Of a DNA stretch of 64,000 nt, positions 59,557-64,000 are shown piece after piece (within the stretch, counting starts at the first letter, position 1; each line of letters opens with the position of its first letter). A model generated the notes under the pieces. It was not told the DNA's origin, made no database searches, and saw only the letters and a list, made by a program, of their open reading frames with translations. Where the stretch lies: positions 74,481 to 138,480 of the IMG/VR virus record IMGVR_UViG_3300014720_000003, one strand, 5' to 3'. The DNA is from a virus. Position numbers and translations under genes: made by a program.

Positions 59557-59640
59557 ATGGTAATCGACTACAACAACTAAAGGTATGAGGTTGATTATTT
59601 GTGGGCCTCTCCCGTTTAAACTGTTGTAGCCGACTACCGT
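59557..59640 (-). ncRNA. Candidate structured RNA
   Basis: 18-bp terminal stem with G-U pairs directly 5' of the tRNA. Confidence 0.45.
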
Positions 59641-59658
59641 TTGATTTTATAAAGAGTC

Positions 59659-59940
59659 TCAGCCGTTGTTGTGAGCCTTTAGACGACGCACAATCTCGGC
59701 CATAGCCTCAACATTATCAACCGTCTTAGTGGGTTTTGCACGTTCCATACTAGGAAGATCAATACCCTTCTTAGCCAGAGCGGCCTTTGTACGAGCAAAA
59801 CGAGCCATCGTACTAGCAACCTTCTGACCAGTTTTAGTAGCAATCTCGGCATAAGTCTTGCTAGAATAAACCGCCTCAAGAAAAGCCTCATCGCTGCAAC
59901 GAACACGGGTCTGCTTCTCAAGATTAGTAACTTCAGCCAT
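59659..59940 (-). CDS. Small basic HTH-like protein, probably early
   Basis: GGAGG SD; TYAEIATKTGQKVAST; own promoter. Confidence 0.65.
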   Translation of the reverse strand: MAEVTNLEKQTRVRCSDEAFLEAVYSSKTYAEIATKTGQKVASTMARFARTKAALAKKGIDLPSMERAKPTKTVDNVEAMAEIVRRLKAHNNG

Positions 59941-60014
59941 AATCAACCTCCAAACTTCTTCCAAACTTACTTCGCTGTTCAGTCACGCGACCGATTCACC
60001 AGCGTTGTATCCTC

Positions 60015-60042
60015 ATTCTATCACGGGTTATCGACTTGTCAA
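60015..60042 (-). promoter_or_regulatory. Sigma70-type promoter
   Basis: TTGACA-N16-TAGAAT with extended TG. Confidence 0.75.
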
Positions 60043-60061
60043 CCCCGTCAACTTGAATTTT

Positions 60062-60238
60062 TCAGTCAGCACCAACCAGTTCCTCGTCTTTTTTGTCGCT
60101 AAAAAACGACAGAGCATCTGTTAAAATTTCATTATGAATTTCCAGATTATTAATGATAGCATTGGCTTGTTCTAGTGCTTTGGTTAGATGATAAACTTTA
60201 TTAGCAAGTTCATCGGCCACATAGTTTTTCATAATCAT
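60062..60238 (-). CDS. Small coiled-coil protein
   Basis: AAGGAG SD before MIMKNY. Confidence 0.5.
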   Translation of the reverse strand: MIMKNYVADELANKVYHLTKALEQANAIINNLEIHNEILTDALSFFSDKKDEELVGAD

Positions 60239-60266
60239 GGTAGTCTCCTTGTTTTTAAGGACTCCT

Positions 60267-60377
60267 TTAATTACACTTTTTCTTTTTCTTGCCAAAAATC
60301 CTATTCCAATTTTTATCCCAGGTTTTTTGGTCAATATTGCGTGGTCGTCTTTTACTACCTTTACCATTCTGGCTCAT
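60267..60377 (-). CDS. 36-aa basic phage peptide (absent from ORF track)
   Basis: MSQNGKGSKRRP...NWNRIFGK; GGAGG SD. Confidence 0.6.
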   Translation of the reverse strand: MSQNGKGSKRRPRNIDQKTWDKNWNRIFGKKKKKCN

Positions 60378-60424
60378 TTAATCCTCCAGCACAAAACTCC
60401 AGTAGCGACTATCATTCTTCTTAG

Positions 60425-60577
60425 TTATTTTATAAAGAATGTATTGTTAACCATAAATCCTAGGATAAATCCTATTGACAATAATGCTAAAAATAGATCG
60501 TGTGACCAAAAACAAGAAACCATAAAAATAGCAGTAGCCCCATATAATATTATCAGTTTTTTTTCTTGTTTAGTCAT
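60425..60577 (-). CDS. 50-aa membrane peptide (absent from ORF track)
   Basis: MTKQEKKLIILYG..., two hydrophobic segments. Confidence 0.45.
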   Translation of the reverse strand: MTKQEKKLIILYGATAIFMVSCFWSHDLFLALLSIGFILGFMVNNTFFIK

Positions 60578-60668
60578 GCCAATCCCTTTGATTCATATAT
60601 AATATGCGATAGAGAATTTTGAGCAAACTGAGTCTTATTTGGTGTATGTCTTAGGTATGGAGGACAGA

Positions 60669-61337
60669 ATGAAAAAGTGTGGAATATATAAAATTACTAA
60701 TTTAGTCAATGGATATTTTTATATTGGTTCAAGTGTCGATATAACTAGTCGATTTGGCAACCACAGACACACTTTGCGTAAAAATAATCATAACAATCCT
60801 AAACTACAAAACGCTTGGAATAAATATGGAGAACAAAATTTTTCATTCGATATTATTGAATTATGTAATCCTAAATTGCTCTATAAAATAGAACAAAAAT
60901 ATTTGAATAAAATTAAAATATCTAATATGAGTTATAATTTAGTATTTATTGTGGGTGGTTTTCCTGATAGTTCTGGTAATAAAAATCCACGATGGATTAA
61001 TGTAACCAAAAAACAAAAAAAATTAATCAAAAATTATTGGCAAAAATTTCATACAATTAAAACTATGAAATTTATGAAAACTAGATTTGGTTATGGCGGG
61101 AGTATTGCTAGAAGAATCATCAAAGAAATCAAACAAGAACTTAATATTCCAAATAAAACCAAAGATAATACGATTTATCATTTTAAGAATATTCTTAATA
61201 ATCAAACTTTTACTGGTACTAGACAGCAATTCATTAATTATCATAATATCTTATATACAACAGCCAGTGAATTAATTCTTGGTAAAATATCTAAAACACG
61301 AACAGGATGGGTAATTGTTCAATCTTCCAAAACATAA
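60669..61337 (+). CDS. GIY-YIG homing endonuclease
   Basis: CGIYKITN...YIGSS...R...H..N.KLQ.AW.KYG, E..Y, YN; GGAGG SD. Confidence 0.9.
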   Translation: MKKCGIYKITNLVNGYFYIGSSVDITSRFGNHRHTLRKNNHNNPKLQNAWNKYGEQNFSFDIIELCNPKLLYKIEQKYLNKIKISNMSYNLVFIVGGFPDSSGNKNPRWINVTKKQKKLIKNYWQKFHTIKTMKFMKTRFGYGGSIARRIIKEIKQELNIPNKTKDNTIYHFKNILNNQTFTGTRQQFINYHNILYTTASELILGKISKTRTGWVIVQSSKT

Positions 61338-62023
61338 GACCAATAACGAGAATCTTCTTTACTCTGCAAGTTATCCCAATAAGCACATCTAGCAACATAT
61401 GATGGGATTTTATTTTTTCCGCAATTAACCATCCAATGACGTTCAGCCTTTTTATAGGTGGTTGAGCCGCTCTTGCTCTTGTTATACTTCAAATGTTCCA
61501 TATCATATAAACGAAGCATATGAACATCCAAGCACAATACTCTTGCTTCATTGGGATGGATCATTTCCAAAGCAAAACTAACTTTTGCTAATCCAATCCC
61601 ATTAATTTTACTAACAATACTATCACGCTTCTTAACATGACCTTTTTGAGTAGTAAAATAAAAGTCTTTAGGATTGGCCCAAAACTTTGTGGCAAAATCC
61701 CAAATATATTTTGTACGATTGTTATGAAGTCCAACTCCGCTTTTGTGAAGTTTATCTCTCAAGATATTCTCATCACTAATCCACTCATCAAAGTTCTTGA
61801 TAGCATTATAGCCAGAGCAATTACCTTTCCAAGTAGTGTGAACAGAACAGTAAGCAAAAAGATAACGCCTAAAAATATCGGATGTATTCTGTGGGCGTAC
61901 ACTTTCCCAATATTCCTTGTATGCTACAATCTTTTCTCGTGGAAATGTGGCGAAAAAAATATCTGCTTTAGTTTTATCAAGAGTAGTATTCTGAACTGGA
62001 ATTACTGTGTTCTCAACAATCAT
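61319..62023 (-). CDS. HhH-GPD superfamily DNA glycosylase (Ogg-like)
   Basis: INGIGLAK.SF, LDVHMLR; likely start MIVENT after GGAGG. Confidence 0.65.
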   Translation of the reverse strand: MIVENTVIPVQNTTLDKTKADIFFATFPREKIVAYKEYWESVRPQNTSDIFRRYLFAYCSVHTTWKGNCSGYNAIKNFDEWISDENILRDKLHKSGVGLHNNRTKYIWDFATKFWANPKDFYFTTQKGHVKKRDSIVSKINGIGLAKVSFALEMIHPNEARVLCLDVHMLRLYDMEHLKYNKSKSGSTTYKKAERHWMVNCGKNKIPSYVARCAYWDNLQSKEDSRYWSYVLED

Positions 62024-62048
62024 AGAGTCCTCCAATGTGTATTCTGCG

Positions 62049-62076
62049 ATTTTACACTACGGATCAGCGTTGTCAA
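62049..62076 (-). promoter_or_regulatory. Sigma70-type promoter
   Basis: TTGACA-N16-TAAAAT. Confidence 0.7.
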
Positions 62077-62733
62077 CTATCTACGAAAAAAACCTAAACT
62101 TTCCTCTAACGACCAATCAACATTAGTATCTATAATATGTTTAATATTATCAGGAACATAATATGGATATTTATTTTCTAACACTGGTGCATCACCAATA
62201 TTTTTTAGATGAAATCTGTGCGAGATAATATTAATATAGGAATAATAGTTTTTTATGAGCATATCATATGAAAATAAGATATAGTTAGAAGCAATAACAG
62301 GCATAATCTCATTGAGGTATCTATACTTAGTAGTCCTCATATCGAATATGTTTTTGTATCTTTTTTTTGTTATTGGATTTCTATCTTCTGGTATTTCTCT
62401 AATTTCGATATCGGTAGAAAACCATTCACTTAATAAGAATGTTTCCCAGTTTACCATTCTGTGATGATGGACATGATGAGGCATATTAATCATAGCCATG
62501 ATCCAGTCATATGGATTTCTAACTATACCTATAAACAGGGTATGTTTATCCTTATAAGAAATTGTTTCTGGTTTTGTCCATCCAAACCAGTGTTTATTAC
62601 CGTAGAAATGAGTTCTAGTTAATCCAAATTTTTGAGTAAATATTTTCTCTGTGAGATTTGTTCCAGAGTGTCTTTCTCCATAAATTACAAACTTATCAAA
62701 ATATGATCTATACTCGGAACATATTTGTAACAT
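62077..62733 (-). CDS. Sulfotransferase-like protein
   Basis: GERHSGTN (PSB loop), KH, VRNPYDW. Confidence 0.65.
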   Translation of the reverse strand: MLQICSEYRSYFDKFVIYGERHSGTNLTEKIFTQKFGLTRTHFYGNKHWFGWTKPETISYKDKHTLFIGIVRNPYDWIMAMINMPHHVHHHRMVNWETFLLSEWFSTDIEIREIPEDRNPITKKRYKNIFDMRTTKYRYLNEIMPVIASNYILFSYDMLIKNYYSYINIISHRFHLKNIGDAPVLENKYPYYVPDNIKHIIDTNVDWSLEESLGFFRR

Positions 62734-62736
62734 TTG

Positions 62737-64000
62737 TCATATTTGTCTATTAGAACCATGTAGGATTTTAAATGTAGGAAATCTTAGACTGATACCACCA
62801 TCTTGGTTTTCTGTTTCTTCAAAATATTGAACAGTAATTATCTTACCAAGAATATGTTTCGGGTTCTTGTAAAAGTTTTGACGTTGTTCAATACTAAAGC
62901 CACTACCAACACGCACAGTATATCCCTTATGATTAATAGTTACACAAGAAAGCATGGTTTCTTCATGTTCTTTACCATCTAGAACATATCGGAACGGACC
63001 CATTTCTGTGTCGATAACTTCGTACTCGTCATCAAAAAATTTCTTAACCTTGAGCAAATCTTTGCTACGCTTTCCTTTGTAGGGTTCATCTGCTCGCAAC
63101 ACTACTCCTTCCCATCCATAATCCGTACCTCTTTTTACCCATTCTTGAAAATGATCATCATCTTTGATTCGGTCTTGTGCTAGAACACTAAGGCATGGAC
63201 ATTCATTCGCTTTCATAACCTCTTTAAGATTCTTGTATCGAATAGAGTATGATCGTCCAGATTCCCCCTTCTTACTATAAAATTCGTCATGCGTAATCAT
63301 ATCGAAAATCTTGTATGAAGGATTAGGAATAGTATGATCCTTCTTACGAAGTTCCTTCATCACTCCCTGGAAATCCTCATTACCATCTTCATCTACCAGA
63401 CAAAGTTCACCATCTAATACAACCCCACGAAGATATGGTATTGCTTTAATACCTTCTGCCACAACGTCCAAGGTATCAAACACCTTGCCGGTTCGTGATA
63501 GGAATGTTGTATTACCCTCTTTATCCACAACGGCGATACATCTGGCTCCGTCAATCTTCCTACTGACATACCATCCATCATTCCAATCAACCAATTTTGG
63601 CTCATACTTTTCAGCAAGAGCAACACTAAATTCTGGAATCCAGTCTGGAATAGCCTTGTTGATGATCTTATCACCAGCACGGGTTTTCAAATCCTTGTCG
63701 ATAACACAATGAATAAGTTCCTCATATTCATCATTATGCTCAATGAAACTATTTACTGCCGCAATAGCGTCATGCCCAGTAATCACCCTAGCCTTTAGAT
63801 CATCAAGAAGATCAAAAAAATTCTTATAAGCATTTTTTGCTACAAGATAACTCTTTTTCTTTAGGTTATCGCTGGTCACATTATACTGCCAAGACGGATG
63901 ATAAGTATATCGTAGAATATTCTTGGTAAAATTTGCTGATGCTGTGTTATGATTGCAATAATCCTCAATAATACCTACCTTATCAATAGTGCTACTAGTA
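62737..64000 (-). CDS. ATP-dependent DNA ligase (5' end probably outside window)
   Basis: KIDGAR, SR.GK, LDGE, FD, EGVVLR, KRS..LLKVK, VGSG, RFP; the listed GTG start (63879) looks internal. Confidence 0.92.
   Translation of the reverse strand, partial: TSSTIDKVGIIEDYCNHNTASANFTKNILRYTYHPSWQYNVTSDNLKKKSYLVAKNAYKNFFDLLDDLKARVITGHDAIAAVNSFIEHNDEYEELIHCVIDKDLKTRAGDKIINKAIPDWIPEFSVALAEKYEPKLVDWNDGWYVSRKIDGARCIAVVDKEGNTTFLSRTGKVFDTLDVVAEGIKAIPYLRGVVLDGELCLVDEDGNEDFQGVMKELRKKDHTIPNPSYKIFDMITHDEFYSKKGESGRSYSIRYKNLKEVMKANECPCLSVLAQDRIKDDDHFQEWVKRGTDYGWEGVVLRADEPYKGKRSKDLLKVKKFFDDEYEVIDTEMGPFRYVLDGKEHEETMLSCVTINHKGYTVRVGSGFSIEQRQNFYKNPKHILGKIITVQYFEETENQDGGISLRFPTFKILHGSNRQI

Noticed and set aside
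1115-63712. Many plus-strand ORFs in the track (e.g. 1115-1675, 54191-54757, 61637-62161)
   Set aside because: Antisense shadows of well-supported minus-strand genes, with no motifs
1-64000. Stop-codon reassignment
   Set aside because: Conserved genes are intact in code 11, and TAA, TGA and TAG all end genes at sensible positions

Overview
AT-rich, densely packed segment of a large lytic dsDNA phage (Caudoviricetes-like, standard code 11). Almost every real gene is on the minus strand; a GIY-YIG endonuclease is the only convincing plus-strand gene. In transcription order (right to left): (1) an early region with host sigma70-type promoters, ATP-dependent DNA ligase, HhH glycosylase, tRNA-Leu, a protein kinase, rIIA/rIIB, a RepB-like primase and RuvB; (2) an accessory block with an actin-family ATPase, proteases, glycosylation enzymes, GMP reductase, ferritin and a PAP2 phosphatase; (3) a sigma factor-ClpP-DeoC-like block; (4) tail fibre genes and a membrane/peptidase cluster; (5) nucleotide metabolism (dCMP deaminase, intein-containing class II RNR, PhoH); (6) replication and recombination (RecA, DnaB, primase, a DnaE split into two genes around a DEDDh exonuclease, SSB). 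Most notable: a volactin-like actin with a membrane-anchored neighbour, an RNR intein ending in Arg instead of Asn, an intein-free split DnaE, a 64-nt tRNA mimic after rIIB, and a set of promoters sharing a 16-bp spacer. All family calls come from motif recognition by eye; no database searches were run.
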